From Cirrosporium novae-zelandiae (taxonomy: Eukaryota): a DNA stretch of 64,000 nt. The position numbers and the translations under genes were made by a program. The stretch lies in contig JAPETS010000004.1 in assembly GCA_026023565.1 (NCBI GenBank), forward strand, positions 868,001-932,000. The letters are read 5' to 3'. Positions 12,129 through 25,442 of this stretch are shown piece by piece (the stretch's first letter is position 1; each line of letters begins with the position of its first letter). The notes under the pieces are model-generated. The model made no database searches. It had not been told where the DNA came from and worked only from the letters and a program-made list of their open reading frames with translations.

Positions 12129-13471
12129 ATGCAACTTCTTCATCTCATCGGCACAGCGCTGTCTGCTGCAGCTATCGTTGCTGCATCTCCCTTAAATGGA
12201 GGCAGCCAAGCCATTAGAGTAGGGAGGGAGCAGGCAATGATGAAGAGGACGTCCGCAATTGCGCCAAAGGTGTTCATTATCAGCATGGTATGTTATCCAT
12301 ATTCCTACCACTTACAACGGATATCGTTTAATCGCTAGAAAGTACATTTGCTGACCTCTGCTGGTAGTTCGACCCTGAAAACGAGGTTTGGTACGGGATT
12401 CCTGAATTCGACATCCTTGCCCACAACATCACGATCGCTGGTCTCTCTCCCCTGTACGAAAGTATCCACTGCACGTATGATTATGAAATCTGCACTGTCA
12501 TAACCGGCGAATCTGAGATCAATGCTGCTAGCACCATCACCGCTCTAACTCTCTCCTCTGAATTTGATCTAACAAAGACCTACTTTATGGTTGCTGGTAT
12601 TGCTGGTATAAGCCCTAAGGTTGGGACTCTGGGGTCTGTTACATTTGCAAGATACGCAATCCAGGTAGCCTTGCAATATGAATTTGACATGCGAGATCTC
12701 TCGTCTAACTGGACTACGGGCTATGTCCCTCTTGGTTCTACTCTCCCCTCTGAATACCCATCATCCATTTATGGCACTGAAGTTTTTGAGGTGAATGACG
12801 CCTTGAAAAAGCTCGCCGTGGGTTTTGCCAAAACTGCAACCCTAAACGACTCAGCCGAGGCTGTTGTCTATCGTGCCCACTACAGCAAGAATAGCTCACT
12901 CTATGCTGCTGCAACTGTTGCACCTAATGTCCTTGAGTGTGATGCCGCAACTTCGGATGTCTACTACAGCGGCACATTACTCTCCGAATCCTTTGACAAC
13001 TTCACCACAATGATGACCAACGGTACCGGTGTCTACTGCACCACCGCGCAAGAAGACAATGCCACTCTTGAAGCCCTCCTCCGCGCCGCGATCTGGAAGC
13101 TAGTTGACTTCTCTCGCATAATCATTATGCGCACAGCCTCGGACTTTGACCGTCCCTATCCCGGCGAAGATGCTACTACCAACCTCTTTTGGGCAGACCA
13201 GGGAGGCTTCGAACCGGCCATTCAGAATATCTACCTGGCAGGCGTAAAAGTCGTCGAGGGCATTATCGATAATTGGAACTCCACTTTCGAGAAAGGTGTC
13301 AATGCCACAAATTATATTGGGGATATCTTTGGAAGCTTGGGTGGAGAGCCTGACTTTGGACCCGGGAGCGAGTTCGACAATACTGGCGTCGTCGTCAAGA
13401 GAGGGCTGCTGGGACGGAAAGGTAGGAAGGTCCAAGCTGTGAGGAGGAGAGGTGGTGGTGTAAGGCTTTGA
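12129..13471 (+). CDS. Purine nucleoside permease (NUP family), secreted-type; intron 12288-12367
   Basis: Signal peptide, then PKVFIISMF.PE, TGESEINAAST, AGIAGISP, YCTTAQEDNATLEAL, IMRTASDFDRP, NYIGDIFGSLGGEPDFG. Confidence 0.9.
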
Positions 13472-14597
13472 ACTTATGCATAGCATGCATCTAAATTGAT
13501 CACTTAGCAAAACGATTAAACATCTATAGTCTTCAGTGATCAGTATAAACAAATATGACTAACAACCTGATTGATTCAACTTGCAAATCTACCTTCCCCA
13601 TCCCATATCCTTCCCAAGACGAAAACTGCTATCTACGTACAGTAGGGAACCAAAGCCACATACATATGCCTAAAACAACCCCGATTAGCCCCAACCTCCA
13701 TCAAGTCATATTCCTTCCAAGTACATTCCTAATTCCTAACTATTTTTTGTGTTACATGTACAATGTGCATGTACCCTAGTTAAGAAGAAGAAGAACACAA
13801 AAAAGAATTTGATTTCATGGAAAAGTATATATATATGTACATGTAATCTATCTACTTACTTACCCAGGACTTACTTAGTTCAGCCTCGTCGTATATGAAT
13901 TCCCCTTTTTTGTGAAAATAGATCAAGAGTTGAAAAGTGAGATTTTTGGTTGGGCATTGAGAAAGAACGATCATATCATGGCTAGCTACAGTACTCAGGG
14001 GACGTTAAACACAGCAGGAATGATATCCCCTTCAAGCGCATTTATTAGCGTCTCTCTACGTGTGAAAAAAAAAAACATAATCTTTTTCCCATTTATTTTA
14101 TTTTAATACATTAGCAAAGTCAAGTCATTAGCTAAGTGTAGCTAGGAAAAGACCCCCCTCCCCCCGAAAAGTGTTTTCCTGAACCCTCCCTCCGGCACAA
14201 AGCGCTATATAGAAAAGAAAAGAAGTGATGGAATTCCCTGATGACAATCCTCGGAAAGTAGTGTAGTGTAGGGCGAGTCTCTTGAAAGAAAGAAAAAAAA
14301 ATGAAAGACTTGGTATTTCCGGTTCACTAGTTCTTGTCTGTTCTGTCAACAAACTGCCCCTTCGGGTTTTCAACCGATTTTTGGTTCTTCTGTCTTGAGT
14401 TTTCCTATCCCATTTCCTCCCCCGTCCGAAGAAAAAAACAAAACTCCTCTTGTTTTCAAGCTTATGAAGCTCATTGCCCATCTCTTTTCTTCCTCCACAC
14501 ACGAAGAATAACTCCTCCAGCAAAAAGGCATTTGGCCGCTCGAATTAATGATAAAAACAAACAAACGAACAAAACAATTATTGAATACTTAAGCCGC

Positions 14598-16874
14598 TTA
14601 TAGTACAAGAGGAGGTCCTGAAGGACTCCAAGGTAAAATCGGACCTCTTACACAGAGTCTTTCCGTCCGTACAACTACTCCAACAACCATAATGTGGATG
14701 ATTAACAATAATAGGGAGAATATTGATCCGATGGCACCGAGAGCACCCATTCCAAAGTCCGTGGCGGCAAGGCATAATAGTGGATATAGGACTGCCGGGT
14801 TTGTCGCGCGAGGTGCACATGGTTGAGTGAAGGAAATAACCTTGAGAATGAGAAGGATGGTACGAATTGATAAACCAAGTAGCGGGCTGTGGATACGATG
14901 GGTAGTAAATGGGAACAGGAAGGGAATGATGGAGGCTAGATTAGATCGGGGCGGTGGTGGTGGTAAAAGGGGGCGTTCTAAACGTCCTGTTGTTGGGCTC
15001 TGAAGAGGAGAATGATGATGTAGTATTAGGGTCGAGTCACTTAGGTACGTTGGTTCTGAAGTATCGGAAGATGTTGATGGTGTGGGATCGGGATTTTCAG
15101 ACGACCCAGATGCTGGATGGAGAATTGGCGGACGCCGCGTACGGGAAAGGGCGCTCTGAGATAGCCGGTGGTGGGATACAGATGTGGAGGCTGCATTTCC
15201 ACGCCTAGGACTCGTGGAAACGCTTTGTTGTTTACGTGGAGGCGTCTCGACGGCAGTGATGCGGCTCGACTTAGCCTCACCTAAGCCGGCACCTGTTCTG
15301 ATTGCCGATAATACTTCTTCTGCCGTTGGTCGTTTCGCAGGATCTAGGGAGAGAAGACGCTAAAAAGGTGAGCAATTATGAGATATGGACTGAAATGGGT
15401 GTCGCCCAAGCTCTACGGCAAATTGTTACCACTTACCCTAAGAAAAGTATATAGTTTATCTGGAAGGTCTATACGTTTTCGACGTTCGTCGACAAAACCG
15501 GCCCAGGTACTAATCTCGGCGCGGAGAAGATCAAGATCTTCATTTTCTTCCACGTTGTCTGCATTATGGTATGGTAATTCACCGAAGCAAATGAAATAGA
15601 GAATCATTCCAAGAGAGAATATGTCGGATTTGGTTGTGAAATTCCCAAGAGCTCCATTGGAATCACGTCGAAGAACCTCCGGAGCACAATACGAAATTGT
15701 ACCAGTAGTTCCTGTCGATTTGCGGGCCATATCCTGAACTTGCACTTCTCCGAAGTCACTAACTAGCACTCGGAGTTCTTTTCCCGAGTCATGGAGAAGA
15801 CAGTTTTGTGGCTTCAGATCCCGATGAATGTATCCATTTTGATGAAGGTGGTTTAGCCCCGAAGTGATGTCCTTAAAGAACGAATAGATTTGTTCAAATC
15901 CAAGTTTTCTACCACGGCGTAAATTCGACACCGGCTCGAGCTGTGCCCTTGACCGTCTTCGCATTTGCTCCTTCAGTAATTGTGAGGTTGTCATGTCTGG
16001 AATAGAGCCGCAAACGTAATTATGAAGGTCACCAGCATTGCAGTACTTTTGTAAGATAAAAGCACATGGAACGCTGGGACCAAAGTTGTTCAATTTGACA
16101 TCCTCCAACCAAACATGGTGGTATGCAACAAGGTTCTTATGAGAGAGATGCTGTAGCAATTGTACCTCAATCAAGACTTTCTCTAGCCACTCGTGATTGT
16201 CGCCCACGGGAACCCGTTTGCACGCAAAATGGCCTAGATTTACTCCATCTAGAACGTGTCTTACAAGCAATACCACTCCTTTCCCTCCCCTTCCAAGCTC
16301 TTTCTCTTCTTCAAAGAAACGGTTAAAATATCCTTGGCTTAGAGATGCTGAAGATATTCCCACCCCAGCTGCAGCTGAAGGTGCACTACCCACGAATTCA
16401 GCATCTTGGCTTGGATGAACATCAAACCCCTCTTCGCCCCCTAAAGATTGTGCAAGCTGTCTTCTCGGTGACGGGGGGCGGGAGCCCGCAACGGAAGTTG
16501 CGGAACTGTGGTGAAGAAGGCGGAAGTACTCTGGGTTTACGAATCCCCCATGGGTATCTGAAGTCGGAGCTTGGTGAGTTCGCGTCCGTTCTGAGGACTC
16601 GGGGCGCATGGGTCGGTGGCAGTAAGGGCAATCAGCAAGTTCGAGGTCCTGAGTTCGAGCATGGTTTCGGAGAACAAGTTGTCTTGATGAAGGGTCGTAA
16701 AGCACAATGGAGTCATTATGTCGCCTAGAATTTAGTTGATTAGCAGCCACTATTCATATAACCATTGTTTTGGGTCCAGCAGAATAAGGGAAGTTGAAGC
16801 TGGACTCACAGTACTATTTCACTAGGAGAATAGCGAACAATCGACATACTTCTGTGATGCTCCTCGTCGGCCAT
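14598..16874 (-). CDS. IKS1: Ser/Thr protein kinase IKS1-like; 3 exons
   Basis: Exon 1 MADEEHHRSMSIVRYSPSEIVL (16874-16810). Kinase domain LGRGGKG, ACKRVPVGDNHEWLEKVLIEVQLL, HRDLKPQN, SDFGE, APE. Last exon RLLSLDPAKRPTAEEVL plus a hydrophobic C-terminus, stop at 14598. Confidence 0.88.
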
Positions 16875-17770
16875 TCTTGTTACGTCAAAATTGCGCGCAG
16901 AGTAAAAAAATTATTAATACATAAACTGATGAGCATTGCCCTTATCATAGGAAATCCAATATTTGATCTCATCTTGAACCTAGGCACCTAGGGTTCAATC
17001 GACTCGTTGTTGTGCGACAATGAATTGTTTTCATACTTTACATAGCTGATACTTGAATGGCTATAGTCGGCTGGTTCCGTTCCAGGACTCGGCTTTCACC
17101 CCGCCATTCCGATGCATGCATAACTACTACTACCAGTAGTACAAGCTCCTAAGTACATTTTATACTGCTGCCTTTTGGGGAACCGAAAGCGGGGTACTGT
17201 TCATCTTGCCCTACACAGTTCACGCCCTACCGGCAATTACACCTGAATTAAGACAACATAACTGCCATAGGCAAGGCTGTCTGTTCGTCTCTATACAGAG
17301 AGAGGTTCCCAAAGATACAAAAAAGAGACACTGAGCCGAAGCCCAGCACCTAACAAATGGTAGCATGTCAGAGTGGCCCCGCCATGTTTTGAACTGGTCG
17401 GGGTGACTCTATGTAATCGGGATTGAAATCGCCCATTCCATTGGACCAGATTCTACCTGGTGTGAAGACTCTCGAACATGCGGCCACTGAGGTTGTCTAG
17501 ACCTCAGCCCGAGTGCCTCAGTAGTTTGGATGCAAAATAAATCATATTAAAGTGACTTGGCCATGACCTTTGTAATATTCTTGGAAGGACTTTATCATTG
17601 ATATATGCTTGTCATGGTGGAAGACCTAATTCATACTGGTTACAGGAATACTATATCATGTTCCTACCAAGCGTAATCTCTAAAATATCAACTATACCAG
17701 ACATACACCCTTGACCCACGCTTGTCAATGGCAATAGGAAGACGGTAATAAATCAAAAGGATATATTACA

Positions 17771-18497
17771 TTATTCATTTTCTCCCTCCGAGAACTTAGG
17801 CAAAAGCCAGGAAAGCTCCTCCGCATGTGCTGGCGATATCAACTCATCTAACTGAGGACGGATCATGAAGTTATGATCTGCATACTCAAACCCAGGAATA
17901 ACTGTCTGCAAGTTGGGAAAACTAATTAGCAACCACACATAGAGGGCCTAATGTCTCTGAAGGGATAGTATCATATACCTCGCTGATTAAGAGACCCTGG
18001 CTTTCTCCATTTTCATCATCCGGTAGCAGGAAACTCGATTTATATTTCCCTCCTTCAACAATCCATTGTAGTCTCTCTCCCTTTGTAACATCTGGTCCTA
18101 CGATGAATGTCTCAATACGAGCATCCACCCCTTTCTTGCCATCTACCTCATCCGCATGGATCAAGACATAGCGACCTCGACCATGATGCAAAGTGTGTAC
18201 AGTTCGACCCTTGTTACGGTGAAAATGGCCAATAGGAGATGCGGGTGTCAGGAAATAGAAAATTGAAGTGCTAGCATTACGGATGGGAGACTGTTTGGTT
18301 GATGTTGCTAGAACACTAGGCTTGTCATCGAAGAAGGGGTTTGGAATTGTGAAAGTATCACGGTCTGTCTCGACAAAGTAGCCGCCTTCAATGTGTTTCT
18401 GTAGATGGAGGGTATCGATAACTGCTTGAACGCCAGGGGGTTCAGTAGCAGACCTAGCCAAAAGAGAGGACTGGTGGATATTCAAAGGGGTAGCCAT
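17771..18497 (-). CDS. DUF985/Cupin_5 family protein (YML079W/Cff1-like); 2 exons
   Basis: LQKHIEGGYFVETDR, ASTSIFYFLT, FHRNK, LQWIVEGGKYKSS, LISE|TVIPGFEYADH. Confidence 0.88.
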
Positions 18498-19140
18498 ATT
18501 ATAAATATGTTATGAGTGGCACTTGAATTGTATTGATGTGGGATGTGTGTTGTACTTCTGTGATCAGCAATGTCAGCACGGTCAGCTTTAAACAGGTCCA
18601 AGCCATTTATGAGTTGCGGTTGAGAGGAAGCTGAGTCAGGACAAATGGAACATATTGGGATGCCGAAATCCGAGAATACATTCTGTTATCCCAGGAAGTA
18701 ATGAATAAATATGCAGGAACAGCAGAACATCACTATGCGAAGGAATAAACAGAATTGGATATTTGCCAAAGTACCTCTTTCTATGTACTCGAGTATGCAG
18801 AAGGTAAAAGTCGATATGTACGGCCCGCCCAAATAGGCAGGCGACGGACTTTCGGAAAGAACGGCAGTTGCCACCCCCAACACAATAGGAAGAGAGAGAT
18901 CTTCATCTTTCTCTTCATCCCATCTACCACAGTACTACAGTAATTATAATCTAAAACTACTTTTTTTTTCAATTAATTGTACTAAGTCTCTAAGAAGAGT
19001 TCCCTTTCCTAGAATCTGAGGCCGACGTTTTTTGCTTTGTTCTTATCGATACCATTGTCTTTGGCTGTTCGGGTGCCTACCTTCCGGCTGTCGGTATCAG
19101 TCCCTTGGCATCGTCATTGGCGCTGTGGTATTCCCCTTCA

Positions 19141-21245
19141 ATGAGCTCTTCTAACCCTCCGAATAATTCGGACGTTTCTAACGACAACAGCAACAATATA
19201 CAGGGGACAAGTATAAATTCAAGCCACCATTATAAGTTTGAGGGCATCGATGTCAAAGACCATGCCTCCTTCCGGTTGGGTAATCCTCCAAGTTTGAAAT
19301 CTTCAGCAACAAGCATAGAGGATGGCTCTCATATCAGAATATCAGAGGGAGAGGGAGAGGGAGAGGGAGAAAATGGAGCACAAGGACGCAATACATCTAC
19401 TAAAGCGTCTGGAGTATCGGAAGTAGACAACCCGCTTCCTTTTCGCGATGACCCCTCGCCACCTAGCCATCCACAAAAAAAAGATATACCTCCATCATGG
19501 AGTTCATTGCCACATAAAGGCCAGCTTGTCATATTGACTCTAGCTCGCCTATCGGAACCATTGACGGATACCTCATTGCAGGCTTACATGTTCTACCAAC
19601 TGAAATCTTTCAACCCGGAGTTACCGGATTCGACAATATCTACTCGGGCCGGTGCGCTTCAAGTCTGCTTCACAGCAGCACAGTTTGTGACCGCAGTTTT
19701 CTGGGGCAGGGCAGCGGATTCAGAGCGATGTGGGAGAAAGAGAGTACTGTTGATAGGCCTCCTTGGAACGTGTCTTTCTTGTGTTGGGTTTGGATTCTCA
19801 CGGTCCTTTATACAAGCAGCAATTTTTAGATCCATAGGAGGTGCATTGAATGGAAATGTAGGAGTTCTGAGAACGATGATCGCTGAGATCATCAAAGAAA
19901 AGAAGTGAATGCTTCGTGTTTGACAGCGAAAACCTCTAAGCTAACTTCTTTCTCTTATTAAGATATCAATCGCGCGCCTTTTCACTTCTCCCTATGTGCT
20001 TTAATATTGGGGTTATCATTGGACCAGTACTTGGTGGTCTTCTGGCTGATCCAGTGGCAAGTTATCCTCATATATTTGGGAAGAATTCGGTATTTGGAGG
20101 TAAGGAAGGAGTTTGGTGGATGAAGCATTGGCCCTATGCTCTGCCAAATCTTGTGAGCGCTATATTTCTCGCAATGTCTGTAACTTGTGTCGTCTTAGGA
20201 CTTGAAGAGGTATGCTTTCTTCTGCAGGTACTGTCATGGGCTACAGCTTGCTCATTCGATTTAGACGCATGTGGCATTGCGAGATAAACCAGACTTGGGT
20301 CTTCGAGTAGGCCATTTCCTTGCTAATACTCTCCGGTGCCCATTTATTCGCCGATCGTACAAGTATACGAAGCTAGATAACAACGATGATCAACTTGATC
20401 CTTCGATTTCATCTTTCGACCTCGAGGACCATCCTCGTGTCTCAGTCCAGGTCCAGCCCACCTCCCAAAAGCCGCCACGCGCAAAACTTCCCTTCAGAAG
20501 GATATTTACCAGCAATGTCCTTCTCACTCTCACTGTCTATGCCATTCAAGCTCTCCATATTCGCACCTTCAACAGTCTCTGGTTCATCTTCCTCTCAACC
20601 TCGCGATTTAATCCTTCCCATCCAACTCCTCCTCATTATCACCCTAGACCTCCATTCATTTTCACCGGCGGTTTGGGCCTCCCCCCAGCACGCGTTGGTC
20701 TTGCAATGTCCATCCTTGGTGTCATCGGAATAACACTCCAACTTTTCCTCTACCCTCGGTTGAGCCATCGTCTCGGCACTCTACGCTCATATAGACTGTT
20801 TGTCCCTTTCTCAGGCCTTGCTTACATCCTAGTCCCATTTCTTGCGCTTGTTCCCTCTACAACCCCGCCCCCATCTCCGGCTTCCGGCGCACTGGTTTGG
20901 TTGGCCCTCGCCTCGATCCTCTTCGTTCAAGTGCTTGCCCGTACGTTCACTCTTCCGGCCATTACTATTCTTTTGAATAATTGTAGTCCGCATCCAAGCG
21001 TGCTGGGTACGATTCATGGAATTGGACAAGCAGCATCTAGTGCGACAAGGACCGTGGGACCATTAGTAGGTGCATGGGGTTTAGGAAAGGGTTTAGAGAA
21101 AGGGGTAGTAGGAGCAACGTGGTGGGGATTGAGTGGGGTAGTGACCGTAGGATGGATTGCCGGTGTGTTTATCTTTGAAGGGAATGGACATGAGATTGTA
21201 TTAGAAGGAGATGAGGGGTTTAGTGAGGGGAAAGATGGGGGATGA
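19141..21245 (+). CDS. MFS transporter (DHA1/ZIFL-like); introns ~19905-19962 and ~20210-20264
   Basis: LARLSEP...SLQAYMFYQL, WGRAADSERCGRKRVLLIG (motif A), GALNGNVGVLRTMIAE, about 12 hydrophobic segments. Confidence 0.9.
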
Positions 21246-22239
21246 TTTGAGGTAAGAGACAACGGAGGATAGTCTGGATGATTGTTTTGGATCACGGGGG
21301 GGTTGATTTGAATCGGCTATGAGCAAAGATGAAGCAATCATGAGCACTTGGTTTAGGGATTATGTCGGATATTTAAATTGATGAATATAACGAGCTAGAT
21401 TTAGACATAGAATTGTGTGATATATCTATAATTAAGTACCTAGATAATTAAATTGTTCTATGAAAGTAATCCTTATTATGCTACATGATATTTAGGGCTT
21501 GCCTAACCACGCTGGTCCCAAAATAAGCAGGACTCACAAACTCGGATCTTCACTATTTGTGCTGGGGATTAAAAGTGTGATGTAAAAAAGGTGCAGAGTT
21601 GTAGAGAAAGAGACACTAGTTATATATCCTGCAAAAAAAACCTTATGCTCAAAATTAATTCAAATAGTAATTACAAAAATGGGTTTTTGGAGGCTGAGGG
21701 TGAGTCGCATGTTTGAATGTGAATATTCGTGTCGGATTCCCGACTATGTGGCGCACCGACTGACTGACTCACTTTGGTTTGTTTCAACCCTTTTTTTGCA
21801 AACATTATCAGATTACTGTGACCTGACATCCTTCTTATATCCTACTACTTAGACTATATCCCACGGGTAACCATCTTCCTCACTTCCAACTTAACATTAA
21901 GAACCCCCCCCCCCCCCAGTCTTTCTTTTTCTTTGAGAGAGTTTCGGTTTCAAAAATATTTAAAACTAAAGATTATTATTTGTGGTCAATTGTTTATTGT
22001 TCAAGCAACGTGACTTTCAAAAAACTCAAACAAAAGCTGTCATTTTGCTAATTCGAATCTTCTTTCAAAGGGTTAATTGAAACACATATTTTGGACTCAC
22101 GTGGGAAAAGCGAACCCTTTCATTTACATTTGGACAATCCCTGTCATTCCTCGTTCATCTTTTCTATTCAGATTGCTGGCTGTGTATCGCTCAACAGACC
22201 GTCTAAAGAAGGGTTTTGAAATATCTAACGCCTCTCATT

Positions 22240-23769
22240 ATGGCCTCAACCCTCGGTGTCCAACACGGCATCAAATCTAAACCCCCACCTCCTCCCGCTC
22301 CATGGACCCCCTCGACTTGGCGCACCAAGCCAATCTCCCAGCAAATAACCTATCCCTCCCAGACCACCCTCGACACCGCCCTAACCAGACTCTCTACCCT
22401 ACCCCCCCTCGTCACACCAGCAGAGATCCATTCTCTCCGACGCTCCCTCGCCCTCGTCTCCCGCCGTCAATCCTTCCTCCTCCAGGGTGGTGACTGTGCC
22501 GAGCTCTTCTCCTACTGCACCAGCCCTGTCATCGAGGCGAAACTAAAGCTCTTCCTGCAAATGTCCCTTGTCTTGATCTGGGGCAGCGGGAAACCGGTAG
22601 TCCGCATCGCACGCATCGCAGGCCAGTTCGCCAAACCCCGTAGCAGTCCCATGGAAAAACTCCCCGATGGCCGTGAGGTCCCTAGCTTTCGAGGAGATAA
22701 CATCAATGGCTTTAGCCCCGACGCCAGAACCCCTGATCCCGAGCGTCTCGTTCAGGCATACTTCCATAGCGCCGCCACGCTCAACTACATCCGCGCCGCT
22801 CTCGCATCCGGGATAGCAGACTTGCACAGTCCGATGGACTGGGACCTCGGCCATGTAGGAGACCTAGAAATAAAAGCCAAATACCGTCGCATTGTGGAAA
22901 GCATCGCCGAAAGCTTGCGTTTCATGCAGACTGTCGGCGCAGACATGGGAAACAGGGCCCTCGAAACCGTCGAGCTGTTCACAAGCCACGAGGGCTTAAG
23001 CCTCGAATACGAAGAAGCGCTCACGCGGGATCTACGACGCCCATTAGCAGCAGGTCCGAAACCAGGCTCACCAGGTGCATCCGCATCTAACGCCCTTAGT
23101 AACAGCGGCAGACACAAAAGTTCCACGGCACTCTCAACAGACTTTGGCTCCTCTCCCTATGCTACCTCCGCCCACTTCCTCTGGATTGGCGATCGCACCC
23201 GCGCCCCCACCCATGCGCATATCGAGTTCTTCCGAGGCATCACCAACCCGATTGGCCTCAAGGTTGGGCCCACCCTCCCACCACAGGAGCTGCCTGCCTT
23301 GCTCAAAGTTCTGGATCCGTATTTCGAGGATGGAAAAGTAACACTCATTACACGGTACGGCATCAATAAGATCGCTGAGTGTCTGCCTAAGCATATTGAT
23401 GCTGTCAAGGAGAGCGGACATCGTGTTGTTTGGTGCTGTGATCCTATGCATGGAAATACCTTCTCTACGGACGCGACGCCATCGGTGAAAACGCGATCAT
23501 TCGCATCCATCTTAAAGGAAGTGAAAGAGGCGTTTAGGATTCATAAAGAGAAGGGGACCTGGCTAGGGGGGCTGCACCTGGAACTGACGGGTGAAGCCGT
23601 CACGGAATGTGTGGGCGGGAGCGAGGGACTAGAAGAAGAGGATCTGAGGAGACGATATGAAAGCCATTGCGATCCGAGGCTAAACGAGAAGCAGGCTCTC
23701 GAGTTGGCATTTTTGGTGGCAGGGGAGTTGAGAGGAGACGAGGATGATGAAATATTGGGAGGGCAATAG
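22240..23769 (+). CDS. Class II 3-deoxy-D-arabino-heptulosonate-7-phosphate (DAHP) synthase, intronless
   Basis: LQGGDCAELF, RIAGQFAKPRS, SFRGDNING, TSHEGL, WIGDRTR, NPIGLKVGP, CDPMHGNT, HLELTG, CDPRLN. Confidence 0.95.
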   Translation: MASTLGVQHGIKSKPPPPPAPWTPSTWRTKPISQQITYPSQTTLDTALTRLSTLPPLVTPAEIHSLRRSLALVSRRQSFLLQGGDCAELFSYCTSPVIEAKLKLFLQMSLVLIWGSGKPVVRIARIAGQFAKPRSSPMEKLPDGREVPSFRGDNINGFSPDARTPDPERLVQAYFHSAATLNYIRAALASGIADLHSPMDWDLGHVGDLEIKAKYRRIVESIAESLRFMQTVGADMGNRALETVELFTSHEGLSLEYEEALTRDLRRPLAAGPKPGSPGASASNALSNSGRHKSSTALSTDFGSSPYATSAHFLWIGDRTRAPTHAHIEFFRGITNPIGLKVGPTLPPQELPALLKVLDPYFEDGKVTLITRYGINKIAECLPKHIDAVKESGHRVVWCCDPMHGNTFSTDATPSVKTRSFASILKEVKEAFRIHKEKGTWLGGLHLELTGEAVTECVGGSEGLEEEDLRRRYESHCDPRLNEKQALELAFLVAGELRGDEDDEILGGQ

Positions 23770-24114
23770 TGGGAGATGATATACTCTACGGAGTAAGCTT
23801 GACAAGATGAAAAATTGGTAAAAAGTGATTTGTAGCTCTCGGTATTGGCGAAGCTAAACAACCATTAGGTAGGAGTCATGAGGATAATGAATGAATTCGA
23901 ATTATGATATATACAGTATCGCTAGGGCTCTCATTGACACCGAGAACCTTGAGCAAAGAAAAAATATCTAAGCACCCAAGGCACTAGATAGACTTCTCAA
24001 TAAAAGTCATGTCACATTAACAAGCATCAAAGACTATCATACAATTCGTATCCTCCAACAATAACAGAGACTGATGACAAAGTTGATAGAAAAATACGTG
24101 GGAAACTCCAGCGG

Positions 24115-24939
24115 CTAGAGCCTCGCAACAAACGCCAACAGAGCGAAAGCTAGAGTATTTCCCAGCTTCCTTGACGAAACACCAGCACTTGAAGCTAGTG
24201 AGGGAGTGGCGCTTGATTGTATACTTGAAGTTGATGTCGACAATGTCGATATTTGTGAAGGAATGATTCCCGTAGTGCTTGACTCCCCGCCTTCTTCAGA
24301 AACAGTGGTGACATTATTATCGATCAAGCTAAAATTGGCACATGTGATTCTTGTTTTGTTGGCATAGTGAATGACGACAGACCTGTTGCCGAAGAATGCT
24401 CCAATACCTGGAAGAGTTGAAATGTAGTCATCCATGTAAGAGGCAATATATGGGTCGCTGTCGATTGTACCGTGCTTGCCAGAGAGGTCCCCAACTTGGC
24501 AAGTTTGAGGAAGTGTCGCATCGCAAGAAGGGGTCTCTCCACGGATATATGGATCAAGATGAGCCAAGGTATCAGTACAGTTGCCATCAGAGGGAACTGG
24601 CTGGTCGTGGATATGGTATACTAACGACGGCCCCAATTAGTTGGTATCATTTTTCTGCATTATGGTGCTATCACTTACAGAGAGGGCCATCTTCCAAAGG
24701 AAGGTCATAGAAATTTGTGGACACCCAAACCCCGGATCCAGTACTGGAAAATCCGCACATATTGCCTTGAAGAGGAGACTCAAGAGTGTTCGGAAAGGTA
24801 GCACAATACCTAGGACCGATGGGATTGTTGGTGAGTGCCACAGCATCACCAAGTTTTCCTGTAACTATTGTCCCGCTTGCAGAGCTAATATGAGCGGTCA
24901 CAAGGGAGCAAGTTAGAGAGAAAGGAGTAATGGACTTCA
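24115..24939 (-). CDS. Secreted/GPI-anchored Cu-only superoxide dismutase (SOD4/5-like); intron 24621-24678
   Basis: Signal peptide, YHIH, GNC..TLAHLDP, CQVGDLSGKHG, GNRSVVIH.ANKTRITCANF, Ser/Thr-rich stalk and hydrophobic C-terminus. Confidence 0.88.
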
Positions 24940-25442
24940 TTTTGAGGGGTTTTGGAATCAAAGTTGGGTCCAAAAAGGAAACCAAAGAGCTGGGATGTGG
25001 ATGTGTGGTGAATGGAAACCGGTATGATATTGACTGTGTTTGCTATTGGTAACTAGAAAGGGAAGAGATAGGAGAGGGGTGAGTGATGAGAATAAATAAA
25101 TAAATAAGAGAATGTGTAGTGGACCAAGGCGAGGAAGTTACGACTTATTTTCGTTGTTTGTTTGTTGTGAACGGAAAATTGGGAAGGGGAAGGTAGTCAA
25201 TCAGTCAGTCAGTCAGTCATACAAACGAATCTTAGGATTTCCTCCACTCTGCTCCAAGGCCTTTCGTGGTTGCTATTGGACTTATATAGTCTGTGAGAGA
25301 TGAACATGGCTATAAGACGGGAAGGAATTCTTTCATCCCCAAGGATGGTTTCACTTGTAATTGCAATGTCTTGTCATAGTATCGTTTATTCAACCCCGCC
25401 CAATGCCATCATCATGGAATGTATTAAATAATATTTAGACAT

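Noticed and set aside
17359..17445. GGTAGCATGTCAGAGTGG resembles a tRNA-Leu/Ser 5' end
   Set aside because: No TTC T-loop consensus and no complementary 3' acceptor strand.
17603..17618. 16-mer ATATGCTTGTCATGGT shared with ~30111-30126
   Set aside because: One AT-rich 16-mer match within 64 kb is plausible by chance, and the flanks do not align.
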